DNA of 64,000 nucleotides from positions 744,001-808,000 of the forward strand of contig JAPDFW010000059.1 of assembly GCA_028826165.1 (NCBI GenBank). The letters are read 5' to 3'. The position numbers and the translations under genes were made by a program. Positions 1 to 12,976 of the stretch are shown one piece after another. A model generated the notes under the pieces. That model worked only from the letters and a program-made list of their open reading frames with translations. It had not been told where the DNA came from and searched no databases. Numbering within the stretch: the first letter of the stretch is position 1; each line of letters starts with the position of its first letter. The DNA comes from Anaeramoeba ignava BMAN. Taxonomy: Eukaryota > Protista > Anaeramoebae.

Positions 1-145
1 GATTGCTTATTGATTTATGTGGATAAATATCAATTATAATTCGACTGTTAATTCCGTTTTCAATTTTTGAAGTACATGTGAATAATTGTGCTCGAATTAA
101 CGTTATTAAAAATATTATAAAGAATATGTTTTGTATTTGTTTCAT
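1..145 (-). CDS. 5' end of a putative secreted/membrane protein (runs off the window)
   Basis: ATG at 145 on the minus strand is open to position 1: MKQIQNIFFIIFLITLIRAQLFTCTSKIENG..., with a signal-peptide-like hydrophobic N-terminus. Divergent from the C2-TPR gene. Confidence 0.55.
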   Translation of the reverse strand, partial: MKQIQNIFFIIFLITLIRAQLFTCTSKIENGINSRIIIDIYPHKSISN

Positions 146-229
146 TTGAATTGTAAAAAAAAATTAAAAAAAAAATGAAAAAAATTTCATTTCAAAAATT
201 TCATTTTTTTTTATTAAAATTAAAAATAA

Positions 230-2164
230 ATGGAACAAATTGCTAATTTAGATATTGATGGTAAATTCTTTTTTATTAAATTATTTAATAAAAAATTAAA
301 ATTTTTATCGTTTCTATTTTAGTTTTAGCTGCTCGAAATTTAAGTATTAAGTCTTCAAAAGGTAAAAAAATTAAAATTAAATAAAAATTAAATAAAAATT
401 AAATTAAATTAAATTAAATAAAAATTAAATAGTTGAAATTAACCCATATGTGATAATATCTATTTATGATAATTTTTACAGAACAAATGTAGTAAAAAAT
501 ACAACAAGACCAAAATGGAATGTTAAATTTTCAATGTAGATATGCAACACTTTTTATTTATAATATTTATAATATTTATAATATTTATATTTATATTTTA
601 TATTATATTATTTATAATTATAATATTTATAATATTATTTATATTATTTATATTTATATTTATAATATTTATATTTATAATATTTATATTATTTATATTT
701 ATATTTATAATATTTATAATATTTATAATATTTATAATATTTATAATATTTATAATATTTATAATATTTATAATATTTATAATATTTATATTATTTATAA
801 TATTTATTATATTTAGAGATATCCATAACCCATTTTTAAAAATATCTATCGAAGTAAAATCAAGAAATACAAATACAAATATAGAAAATAAAGACCAATT
901 TATCGGAAAAATAGATATAAACCTTGGATCATTATTCGAAAGGGCAATCACCAAAAATTCTACAGAAATTAAAATACCATTAACTTGGTTTGCAATTTCA
1001 GCAAATCCAAAAGCAATATCATCAAACACAAAAACGGATACAAATTATAAAACAGAATACAACTTTCAAAAAGATCCTCAAATTTTAATGAGAATTTATT
1101 ATAAATTTCCACAAGAATGGAGTCAAGCATATTTTGGATATATATGTATAACTCAAGGATATTTCGAAGATGCAATCCAATCTTTAACTGAAGGGATTCT
1201 GAAAACCAATTCAAAAGATTTTTTGCAAGTCATTTTATATTCTTTAAGAGAAATTTGTTATGAATTAGAAAAAAAATATGAACTGGCAACACATGATATA
1301 CTTCTGGCAATTGAAAGACTTCCAACATGGGGTTATGGTTATTTTCGTACAGCAATTCTTTGTTTATTAAATGGCGAAATTAAAGAAGGAATGGAACAAT
1401 TTCGCAGAGCTCAAGAAAATGAAAAAGATGATCCAGTTTTTAAATTATTATTGAAAAGACTTGAAAATAAAATCAAGAATACAAAATCAATCAAAGCAAA
1501 AGATATGAAGGAGTTTTTATTTCAAAATGAAGAAGATTCTTTTGTTGATTATTTTATTTTTTCGTGTCAAAAATCAATTATTAAATCCTCTTCAATTTTT
1601 CACACTTTGACTTCTCAAAATCAAAATTTATTCACTTCTTCTTTTCCTGATGATTTGCCTGTTTTGGGCTCTTTTATTCAAGATTCAACAATTATTTCAT
1701 CTCCAAAAACATCTTTTGAAATTGAGGAAAAAATTATGAATAATTCTATTCCAAAAAATTCAACTGAAAAAAATCAAATTGAAAATCAAATTGAAAATCA
1801 AATCAAAATACACAAGAAAAATAAAATCAAAAATGAAATCCAAATTCAAGTACAAAATGAACAAGTTTCAAATGAAAACAATGAAAAATTTAATGAATTT
1901 CATCCTAGTTTTTTAACACACAGAAAAAGTTGGCTTAATTTTTTCTCAGTTCCAATTGAAAAAGATGAAACCAATGAAAAAAATATTGAAAATAGAAATG
2001 TTGAAAATAAAAATGTTGAAAATAAAAATATTGAAAATAAAAAATTAAATTCTTCCCAAAATTTATTTAGTCCAAAACCTTCAGAAATTCGAAAAAGAAG
2101 ACTCAAATCTCAAAAAAAAGTCAAAATACAATTTGGAGTTATAGATGATGATGATGATGATTAA
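230..2164 (+). CDS. C2 domain + TPR-repeat protein (4 exons)
   Basis: Exons 230-260, 323-361, 433-535, 817-2164 with GT-AG introns. Spliced N-terminus MEQIANLDIDVLAARNLSIKSSKVEINPYVIISIYDNFYRTNVVKNTTRPKWN is C2-like; TPR-like helices follow (YFEDAIQSLTEGI, PTWGYGYFRTA). Confidence 0.8.
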
Positions 2165-3085
2165 AATTTAAAATTGATTTAAATTGAATTTAAACTGAAT
2201 ATTGAATTGAATTAAATTTGGATTGAATTGATTTAAATTGAATTTAAAATGAATTGAATTTAAATTGAATTGAATTTAAATGAATTGAATTTAAATTGAA
2301 ATGAATTGAAATGAATTGAATTGATTTAAATTGAATTGAATTGAATTGAATTGAATTGAATTAAATTGAATTGAATTGAATTGAATTTGAATTAAATAAT
2401 GAATTTAAATTGAAATTGAATTTGAATTGAATTGAAAATGAATTGAATTGAAAATGAATTGAATTGAATTGAATTTGAATTAAATAATGAATTTAAATTG
2501 AAATTGAATTTGAATTGAATTTGAATTGAATTGAATTGAATTGAAATGAATTGAATTGAAAATGAATTGAATTGAATTGAATTTAAATTGAAAATGAATT
2601 TGGATTGGATTGAATTTAAATTGAATTTGAATTTAAATTGAAAATGAATTGAATTGAAAATGAATTGAATTGAATTGAATTGAATTGAATTGAATTGAAT
2701 TAAATTAGATTGAAAATGAATTGAATTGAATTGAATTGAATTGAATTGAATTTAAATTAAAAATGAATTGAATTAAAAATGAATTGAATTGAATTGAATT
2801 GAATTGAATTGAATTAAATTAGATTGAAAATGAATTGAATTGAATTGAATTGAATTAAATTGAATTTAAATTAAAAATGAATTGAATTAAAAATGAATTG
2901 AATTGAATTGAATTGAATTGAATTGAATTAAATTAAATTGAATTTAAACTGAATTGAATTGGATTGAAAATGAATTGAATTTAAATTGAATTGAATTAAA
3001 TTAGATTGAATTGAATTTAAATTGAAATTGAATTGAATTGAATTGAATTAAATTAGATTGAAAATGAATTGAATTGAATTGAAAA
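2165..3085. repeat. (GAATT)n degenerate pentanucleotide satellite, intergenic
   Basis: About 900 bp of ttgaa/gaatt units. Confidence 0.95.
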
Positions 3086-3200
3086 TATTAATTTATTTCT
3101 GTTTCTTTTTTAATAAAGATTTCTCAATTCTAAAACAAAAAAAAATTCTCAAAATAATTTTTCATTTTTGGAAAATATTCATTTTTCTCTTTTCAATAAA

Positions 3201-5044
3201 ATGAACAAATCAAATTATTCAGAAACAAACACACTTTCATTAAATTTTGAAGAATTACTCACATCAAAAAATAATTTCAATGATATAAAAATTTTAGTTG
3301 GAGAAGAAGAAAAAAACAATTATAATTGTCACAAAGCAATTCTTTTTTTTCGAAGCAAATTTTTTGCAAATGCATTTGAACAAAACCCAAAAATCACAGA
3401 AATATCATTTAAAAAAATCAATCCCGAAATTATGGAATCAATTTTAAAATATATTTACACTGGAAAAGTGGAAATCAATTCAAATAACATTATAAATTTG
3501 TTTGGAGCAGCAAAATTTTTTTCTCTTGACAAAATTCTTCAATGGTGTGTCGAGAGTATATCTTCTTGGGGGGAATCTATTCAAATCACTTCTGAAAATG
3601 TTTTTTTGTTTTCCGAATTTGCAAGGGAGAACAATTTCAATCAAATAGAAAAAAAATGTTTTCTTTTCATTCTTGATAAAATTGAAGATTTAATTGAAAA
3701 AAACCAATTCTATTTAATTTCAGAGCAATTATTTAATGATATTTTGTTGAATTCCTATTTGAAAATTTCTAATGAATCAAAACTGTTTTATTCAGTTATT
3801 AAATGGGGAAGAGTAAAAACAACTTGTCAAATTTGAACAACGAATTTCAAAAACCGCAACCAAAAGAAGTTCGAGAAACCGTTGCAAATCTTATTCAGAA
3901 AATTAGGTTCTGTGATATTTCAATAACTGATTTAGCACTTATTCAAACATTGGATATTGTTCCTCAAGCACTTATGCTTGAAATTTTTCAATTTCATGGT
4001 TTTCTTGCAGGGAATTTACATAAACAAATCCAAGAAATTAAATCCAAGTATTCTTCAGATGTTTTAGTTTTCCAATCAAGAAAAATTGATAATAATTTTT
4101 CGAATAAAAACCCTTTTGAAAAATCAAATCGAAAATCATTTCAAAATTTAAATCAAAATTTAAATCAAAATTCATTTCAAAATTTAAATCAAAATTCATT
4201 TCAAAATTCATTTCAAAATTCATTTCAAGATTCATTTCAAAATTTAAATCAAAATTCATTTCAAAAACCAAATCAAAAATCAAATCGAATATCAAATCTA
4301 ATATCATTTCAAAATTCAATTCAAAAACCAAATCAAAATTCAAATCAAAATTCATTTCAAAAACCAATTCAAAATTCAAATCAAAAATCAAATCAAAAAT
4401 CAAATCAAAAATCAAATCAAATATCAAATCAAATATCTAATCAAATATCTAATCAAAAATCAAATCAAATATCAAATCAAATATCAAATCAAATATCTGA
4501 TTCAATAATTCTAGCTGCAAATCAAACATTCATTTCAAAAATAAAAGAATGGATCAATGATACTAATTTTTTCACAAATGCAATACTTGGCTTTTCTTTT
4601 TATAGGGATAAACTCCCACAAAATTTACACTCTATTTTTGATGATAAAGGAAAAACACTAGTTATTATTCTAACTGACAAAAACTATATTTTTGGCGGAT
4701 TTACTTCTGTCGGTTGGATTAGTTCTGTGGGCAATAATTATATAACTGATAATTCTGCTTTTTTATTTACTTTGAAAAATCCATCAAATTCTCCTCATCA
4801 AAAATTCGATATCCGAAAAGGAATGGAACAATATGCTCTTCAATATTTTAATAAAGATGGTCCTATTTTCGGAAATTATGAAATTAGAATAAAAGCAAAT
4901 TTGAAAAGTGGTGATTCCAATTTCGGTTGTGCTTATCAACTTCCAAATGGAATGAAGTATAAATCAAAGCAGGCAGAAGAATTTTTTGCTGGATCTTTAA
5001 AAAAATGGAAAATCAAAGATTTAGAGATTTACTTTCTTCAATGA
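3201..5044 (+). CDS. BTB-BACK-TLDc protein (one apparent 1-nt frameshift near 3805-3812)
   Basis: BTB motifs (DIKILVG, CHKAILFFRSKFF, ILKYIYTGKV), BACK (ESKLFYSVIKWG), N/Q-rich linker and TLDc (DKGKTLVII, YIFGGFTSVGW, IKDLEIY). The two ORFs join as KWGKSKNN if one base is restored. Confidence 0.85.
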
Positions 5045-5246
5045 TTTTCATTTTGATTTTGGTTTTTATTTTTTGAAATAAATTAAAAAAAAAAAACCAA
5101 AAAATTTTTTTGCTTTTTATTCCAAAATAATTCTCAAAAAATATTCCAATTTTTCTTCCTCTTTTTTTTTTAAAATGAAAATTATTTTTTTTTTCCAATA
5201 AAAATACTTTTCATTTTTTTTCTTTTCAAAAAAATTTTTTTTTAAA

Positions 5247-5966
5247 ATGAATGAAATAAATATTAGAAAAATTAATGAACAAATACTTCGTTTTAATGAT
5301 AAAAAATACAAGGAATTAATTATAACAATTTCTTTAGCACAACTTTTTGAATGGGATACAAAAAATAATCAATGGGTATTTTTAATAAAAAAATGGCAAA
5401 AAAAAAAGAAAAAAATCGGAAAAAAAAAAATTCAATTTGAAAAAAAATTTAAATTCATTTAGAAATTTTCTGGAATTAAAGGACCTCTTTTTCTTTATGA
5501 AAGACAACCTAAAATTTTAAATCCTAATAAAAAACAATTTGCATTTCAAATTTTAAATCAAAATTCAGAATCAAATCAAGTTAATTATTTAGAAACAATA
5601 AAATCAAATTTTAATTTGAAAAATGAAGATGAATTTGTATTTTATTCTAAGAAAAATTTCATAAAAGGAATTTATGTTCCGATTCAAAGTCTAAAAAAAG
5701 AATTATTTATAAAATTGAATGAAATTCAACAAAATTTTGAAAAATTAGAAAAACAAGAAAAAATAATTCAAAATAATCAAGCCAATCAAATTCCTCGATT
5801 ATTAACACCAAAAATTATTTCTTCAATGGACAACTTTCCAGAAATATCAAGAAAAGAAAGATTTACTGACTTAACTAAAGAAAAACTGTCTCAGATCATC
5901 AAAAATCTTGCACTAAATGATCAATTTGTGACATATATTTATAACGCTTTAAACAACTATTTATAA
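5247..5966 (+). CDS. DCP1: mRNA-decapping cofactor Dcp1 (EVH1-like), 2 exons
   Basis: Exons 5247-5375 and 5463-5966. Spliced ...AQLFEWDTKNNQW|KFSGIKGPLFLYERQ...FQILNQNS matches the Dcp1 EVH1 pattern. Confidence 0.75.
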
Positions 5967-6352
5967 TATCATTTCCTCAATATTTTTTCTATAAGTTGAA
6001 TTCTTGTTTTCTTTTTCTAATATTCTTCTATTCAAACTTTATCTCATTTCATAAATAAAAAGGGAAACCAAATTTTATTTCTCAAACTTATCTTTAAATA
6101 AATTTTATTTAAAATTAATAAAGATTATTTTATTATTGATTAATAAAATTTTTTTAAAATTATTGATTCATTTTGATTTACGAGGGGATTACTGTTAATT
6201 TTTATTAATTTTTTATTAAAATTTTTGGACTAACAAAAAACAAAAAAACAAAAAAAACAAATTTTTTTTTTCATTTTTTTCTTTTTCATTTTTTTCTTCT
6301 TTTTGTTAATTATTATTATAATTTTTTTTTTTAAATTCTTATTCTTTTTAAA

Positions 6353-9300
6353 ATGTCAAATATACATTTATTAAAAAATCGTCAAAAATCAATAAATTTA
6401 TTTGAACAAAATGATAAAAAATCATTTTTTCCAATTACAACAATTAATTCAATTAACGGAACAAGTAAATTTTTATTAAATTTTTCTTACTTTAAAAATT
6501 AAAATTAAAAATTAAAATTAAAATTAAAAATTAAAAATAATTAAAATTTTTTTTTCTTTTTTTCTTTTTTAAGATGCAAATTTAAATCAATGGATAGAAA
6601 CAAAAGAAGGGGATAAAGAAGATATATTTTCAAATGAGTCTGAAAAATTAAACCATTTAAATGAAGCAAAACAAAAATTAATGAAATGGATGGAAAAAGA
6701 TGAAGAAAATAAAGATGATCTTTTTTTAGATGACGATGAAAAAGAAAAACAAAAACAAAAAGAAAAAGCAAATGAATCAAATGAATCAAAACCCAAACTA
6801 AATAGATGGATTGAAACGAATGAAGATGATAAAGATGATATTTTCTTTGATAAACCAAATGAATCAAAATCTAAACTAAATAAATGGATTGAAACAAATG
6901 AAGATGATAAAGATGATATTTTCTTTGATAAACCAAATGAATCAAAACCAAATGAATCAAAAACAAATGAATCAAAAACAAATGAATCAAAAACAAATGA
7001 ATTAAAAACAAATGAATTAAAAACAAATGAATCAAAATCTAAATTAAATAAATGGATTGAAACAAATGAAGATGATAAAGATGATATTTTCTTTGATAAA
7101 CCAAATGAATCAAAACCAAATGAATCAAAAACAAATGAATCAAAACCCAAACTAAATAAATGGATTGAAACAAATGAAGATGATAAAGATGATATTTTCT
7201 TTGATAAAACAAATGAATCAAAATCAAATGAATCAAAACCAAATGAATCAAAACCTAAATTAAATAAATGGATTGAAACAAATGAAGATGATAAAGATGA
7301 TATTTTCTTTGATAAACCAAATGAATCAAAAACAAATGAATTAAAATCAAATGAATCAAAATCTAAATTAAATAGATGTATTGAAACAAATGAAGATGAT
7401 AAAGATGATATTTTCTTTGATAAACCAAATGAATCAAAAACAAATGAATCAAAAACAAATGAATCAAAATCTAAATTAAATAAATGGATTGAAACGAATG
7501 AAGATGATAAAGATGATATTTTCTTTGATAAACCAAATGAATCAAAATCTAAATTAAATAAATGGATTGAAACTAATGAAGATGATAAAGATGATATTTT
7601 CTTTGATAAAACAAATGAATCAAAATCAAATGAATCAAAACCAAATGAATCAAAATCTAAATTAAATAAATGGATTGAAACAAATGAAGATGATAAAGAT
7701 GATATTTTCTTTGATAAACCAAATGAATCAAAAACAAATGAATCAAAATCAAATGAATCAAAACCAAATGAATCAAAATCTAAACTAAATAAATGGATTG
7801 AAACGAATGAAGATGATAAAGATGATATTTTCTTTGATAAAACAAATGAATCAAAATCAAATGAATTAAAAACAAATGAATTAAAACCAAATGAATTAAA
7901 ATCAAATGAATCAAAATCTAAATTAAATAAATGGATTGAAACAAATGAAGATGATAAAGATGATATTTTCTTTGATAAACCAAATGAATCAAAACCAAAT
8001 GAATCAAAAACAAATGAATCAAAATCTAAACTAAATAAATGGATTGAAACAAATGAAGATGATAAAGATGATATTTTCTTTGATAAATCAAATGAATCAA
8101 AACCAAATGAATCAAAATCAAATGAATCAAAACCAAATGAATTAAAAACAAATGAATCAAAACCTAAATTAAATAAATGGATTGAAACAAATGAAGATGA
8201 TAAAGATGATATTTTCTTTGATAAACCAAATGAATCAAAATCAAATGAATCAAAATCTAAATTAAATAAATGGATTGAAACAAATGAAGATGATAAAGAT
8301 GATATTTTCTTTGATAAACCAAAACAAAATCAAGTAACGAATTTATTTGAAAAAAAAAATAAAACAAATTTAAATAAATGGATGGAATCGAGTGATGAAG
8401 ATAAAGATCATCTTTTCTCAGATGAACCAAAAAAAACAAACACAAAAAACGAAAAACAAACAAAAATAAATTTAAACAAATGGATGGAAACAAATGAAAA
8501 TGAAAATAAAGATGAAAATAAAGATAATATATTTTCAGATGAATCAGAAAAAGCAAAATTAAATCAAAATCAAAATCAAAATCAAATCAAGGAAACCAAA
8601 TTTAACTAAATGGATGGAAACAAATGAAAAAAATAAAAACGAGCAACTTCTTCTAAATCAAACAGAAAAAACAAATACAGAAAAAAGTGGAAAATCTAAT
8701 AAAGTAAATTTAAATAAATGGATGGAAAAAAGTGATGAAGATTATGAAATTCTTTCAAATCAAAAAGAAAAAGAAAGAAATTCAAAATCAAAATCAAAAT
8801 CAAAATCAAAATCAAAACAAAATCAAATTCAAATCCAAACTCAAAATCAAAATCAAAATCAAAATCAAAATCAAAATCAAATTCAAAATCAAATTCAAAT
8901 CCAAACTCAAAATCAAAATCAAAATCAAACAAATTTAAATAAATGGATGGAAACAAATGATGAAAAAATTGATATTGTTGGCAATAATAATTTTTTTTCA
9001 GCTAAATCAAATCAAAATCAAAATACAAAGAATCAAATTGAAAAACAAACAAAACCAAATTTAAACAAATGGATGGAAACAAATGAAAATGAAAATGAAA
9101 AACCAAAACAAAAACCAAAAACTTTTCCTAAAATGAAAACAATAACTAAAGACCAATTTGAAAATCAAAATCTAAATCAAAATCAAAATCAAATCAAACA
9201 AAATCAAAATGTACTCAAATTAAATAAATGGATGGAAAAAAATGGAAATGAAAATGAAGATGAAGATGATATTTTCTTTGATGAACCAAATAAATCAAAA

Positions 9301-12300
9301 TCAAATCAACCAAAATCAAATCAATTAAATTTAAACAAATGGATTGAAACAAATGAAAATGAAAATGAAAAACCAAAACCAAAACAAAAAACAAAAACAT
9401 TTCCTAAAATGAAAACAATAACTAAAGACCAATTTGAAAATCTAAATCAAAATCAAAATCAAAATCAAAATCAAAATCAAAATGTACTCAAATTAAATAA
9501 ATGGATGGAAAAAAATGGAAATGAAAATGAAGATGAAGATGATATTTTCTTTGATAAACCAAATAAATCAAAAACAAATGAATCAAAATTAAATGAATCA
9601 AAATTAAATGAATCAAAATTAAATGAATCAAAATTAAATGAATCAAAATTAAATAAATGGATGGAAACAAATGATGAAAAAATTGATATTGTTGGCAATA
9701 AACCATTTCTTATAAATAATTCAAATCAAAATCAAAATCAAATTGATTTAAAAGATATTAATAAATGGAAAGAAATTGAAAAAGAGTTCACAATGCCTTG
9801 TTTACTTGGAGACGGATCATGTGAATCAAACATTAAGAAATTTGATAGAATATCGAAAGCGAATAACCTAATAAACAAACTTAAATCAATGGAAGAAGAA
9901 TCAGATCAAAATCAAATTGATTTAAAAGATATTAATAAATGGAAAGAAATTGAAAAAGAGTTCACAATGCCTTGTTTACTTGAAGATGGATCATGTGAAT
10001 CAAACATTAAGAAATTTGATAAAGTATCAAAAATGAAGGATATAAAAGAAGATATTAAAGAAGATATTAAAAAAGATATTAAAAAAGATATTAAAAAAGA
10101 TATTAAAAAAAAAGATATTAAAAATGATATTAAAAAAGATATTAAAAATGATATTAAAAATGATATTAAAAAAAATGATATTAAAAAAGATATTAAAAAA
10201 GATATTAAAAATGATATTAAAAATGATATTAAAAAAAATGATATTAAAGATATTAAAAAAGATGATATTAAAGATATTAAAAAAGATATAAAGAAAAAAG
10301 AAAAGAACAAAAAACTCACAAAATTAACTGAAGGCTTCCATTTAAGAAAACAAAGAAATACAAAATTGAAGAAATTTTCTGAAGAAAAAGGAGATAATTG
10401 GGGATTAGAATTAAACGAGAACAAAATTCAAGCACATAAACTACAGAAATTTCAAAGTACATCAAGTACACAGTTTTACAAACCATTCGGTTCAAATTTA
10501 CATTTACTTCCAAGTAACAGAAAGAAAATAAGCATTGTTAATTGGGAAGATGATATAAATATTCCTGATGAAGGAATCAAATTTACAAATTCAGTGAGAA
10601 ATTTAAATACCCAAAAACCAAATATGAAAACTACATTCAAAAAAGAACTCCAACATCCAAAATTCAAACGAAAAACAGTTATTAAGCAAAAACCTAAAAT
10701 AAGAATTTCAAAAAGTGAATTTTTGAAAAATAAAATGATACAGAATTCAAAAATCATGAATTTTTCGAGGAAGGAAATGGAAAATATTCAAAATCAAAAT
10801 CAAAATCAAAATCAAAATCAAAATCAAAATCAAAATCAAAATCAAAAAAATCAAAATCAAAATCAAAAAAATCAAAATCAAAATCAAAATCAAAATCAAA
10901 ATCAAAATCAAAATCAAAAATCAAAATCAAAATCAAAATATTCGACAAATTAAATCTGATCCAAGTCAAGAAATTATACCGAGAACAAAAATAACAGTTG
11001 ATCAAAAAATAGCAAAATGGAGAGAACCAGATTCTCCAAAAACAAAATATGGAAAATATACTGATTATAACACACCAAATACTAGTTTATCAATTAAAAG
11101 TGATTTTAAAGAATCTGAGTCGAGTTTACGCTCAGAAACTTCGTCTCCAAGACAACAAAGTGAAACCAGAGACGATGGTTCAAATGAATTTGATGATTTT
11201 GGTGATGGTTATGGTGATAATTTTGATTCTCTTGATTGGGGTTTTGAAATTCCTAAATCAAAAACTTTAAGTATTTCAACTAAATTGAATGAATTATCAG
11301 ATGATGAAAGTGAAAATACTTTAACTGATGATGCAAATGATCTTTTTTCTCCTGATTCTCCTCAAACAAATATTCATATTAATCTTAATAATAAAAATAA
11401 TAAAAGTATTAATAAATCACAGAAAAAACAAGAAAGGCAAAAACCAGCATTGATTAGAAGATTTCATAATTCTATGGCCTTTCAATGTAAAAAAAATTGA
11501 ATATTTATTATTTAATATTTAATATTTATTATTTATTATTTATTATTTATTATTTAATATTTAATATTTAATATTTAATATTTAATATTTAATATTTAAT
11601 ATTTAATATTTATTATTTAATATTTATTATTTTTATTATTTAATATTTATTATTTAATATTTAATATTTAATATTTTATTTATTTATTATTTATTATTTA
11701 ATATTTATTATTTATTATTTATTATTTATTATTTAATATTTAATATTTAATATTTATTATTTAATATTTAATATTTAATATTTAATATTTATTTATTTAT
11801 TATTATTTTAATATATTTAATATTTATTTTTATTATTATTTATTATTTTTATTTATTATTTATTTATTTTTTTATTATTTAATATTTATTATTTATTTTT
11901 ATTTTTATTATTTATTTAATTTATTATTTATTATTTATTATTTAATATTTAATATTTATTATTTATTATTTAATATTTTTTATTTTTTATTTTTATATTA
12001 ATATTTATTATTTAATATTTAATATTTAATATTTATTATTTAATATTATTTATTATTTTATTATTTTATTTTTATTATTTATTATTTTATTTATATTTTT
12101 AATATTTAATTATTTATTATTTAATTATTTTATTTATATTTTAATTTATTTATTTTATTATTTATTATTTAATATTTAATATTTAATATTTTAATATTTG
12201 TATTTATTATTTATTATTTATTATTTAATATTTATTATTTATTATTTATTATTTATTATTTAATATTTAATATTTAATATTTAATATTTAATATTTAATA

Positions 12301-12836
12301 TTTAATATTTAATATTTAATATTTAATATTTAATATTTAATATTTATTATTTATTATTTATTATTTATTATTTAATATTTATTATTTATTATTTAATATT
12401 TATTATTTATTATTTATTATTTATTTAATATTTATTATTTAATATTTAATATTTAAAATTTAATATTTAAAATTTAAAATTAATATTTAATATTTATTAA
12501 TTAATAGTTGTTAACGGAATGATTTATAACCCACAAACACTCCGTTGGGAAAATTCTTCAGAACAACCAGCCGAAGATCTTGATTGGGGAGATTCTACTG
12601 AAGATGAACAAAGTATTCACGAACAACCAACACAAGAAATAACAGAAACAAAAGAAATTACACTTACAGAACAAATGAAACAAATAATTTACAAAAGAGA
12701 ACAAAATCATAAACAAGAAATTCATGGATGGATTAATTCAAATTCACTTTCAAACCCAAAACTACGAGGAAATGCAATTTTAAAAATGTCATTATTATAT
12801 ACAACTTTTTATTATCGAAAATTATTTGTAGTTTAA
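6353..12836 (+). CDS. Very large repeat-rich protein with a C-terminal Byr4/Bfa1-like motif (3 exons, 2 apparent frameshifts)
   Basis: Exons 6353-6464, 6574-11486, 12508-12836; frameshifts at ~8602 and ~10918. Spliced C-terminus KPALIRRFHNSMAFQ|FVNGMIYNPQTLRWEN resembles the KPxLI...GMxYNPxTLRWE motif of Byr4/Bfa1. Confidence 0.65.
11487..12507 (+). repeat. Intron filled with (TTTAATA/TTTATTA)n
   Basis: GT at 11487, AG at 12506-12507; interior almost purely A/T heptamers. Confidence 0.9.
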
Positions 12837-12976
12837 AAAACTAAAAAATGTATTTGAAGAATATGTGATTGATTTCGATTGTTTTTCAAAATGTTCTTTA
12901 TCAAAAAGAAAAAAGAAAAAACTTTTTATTCTTTTTACTCTTTTTACTCTTTTTATTCTTTTTACTCTTTTTACGT

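Noticed and set aside
542-816. Apparent hydrophobic transmembrane N-terminus of the 540-aa ORF
   Set aside because: It is intron 3 (536-816) of the C2-TPR gene.
2165-3085. Telomere- or centromere-like satellite
   Set aside because: Short, degenerate and lying between ordinary genes; no evidence of a special function from sequence alone.
6790-8320. CRISPR-like repeat-spacer array
   Set aside because: The spacers are themselves 15-bp repeat units, the whole array is in-frame coding sequence, the context is eukaryotic and there are no cas genes.
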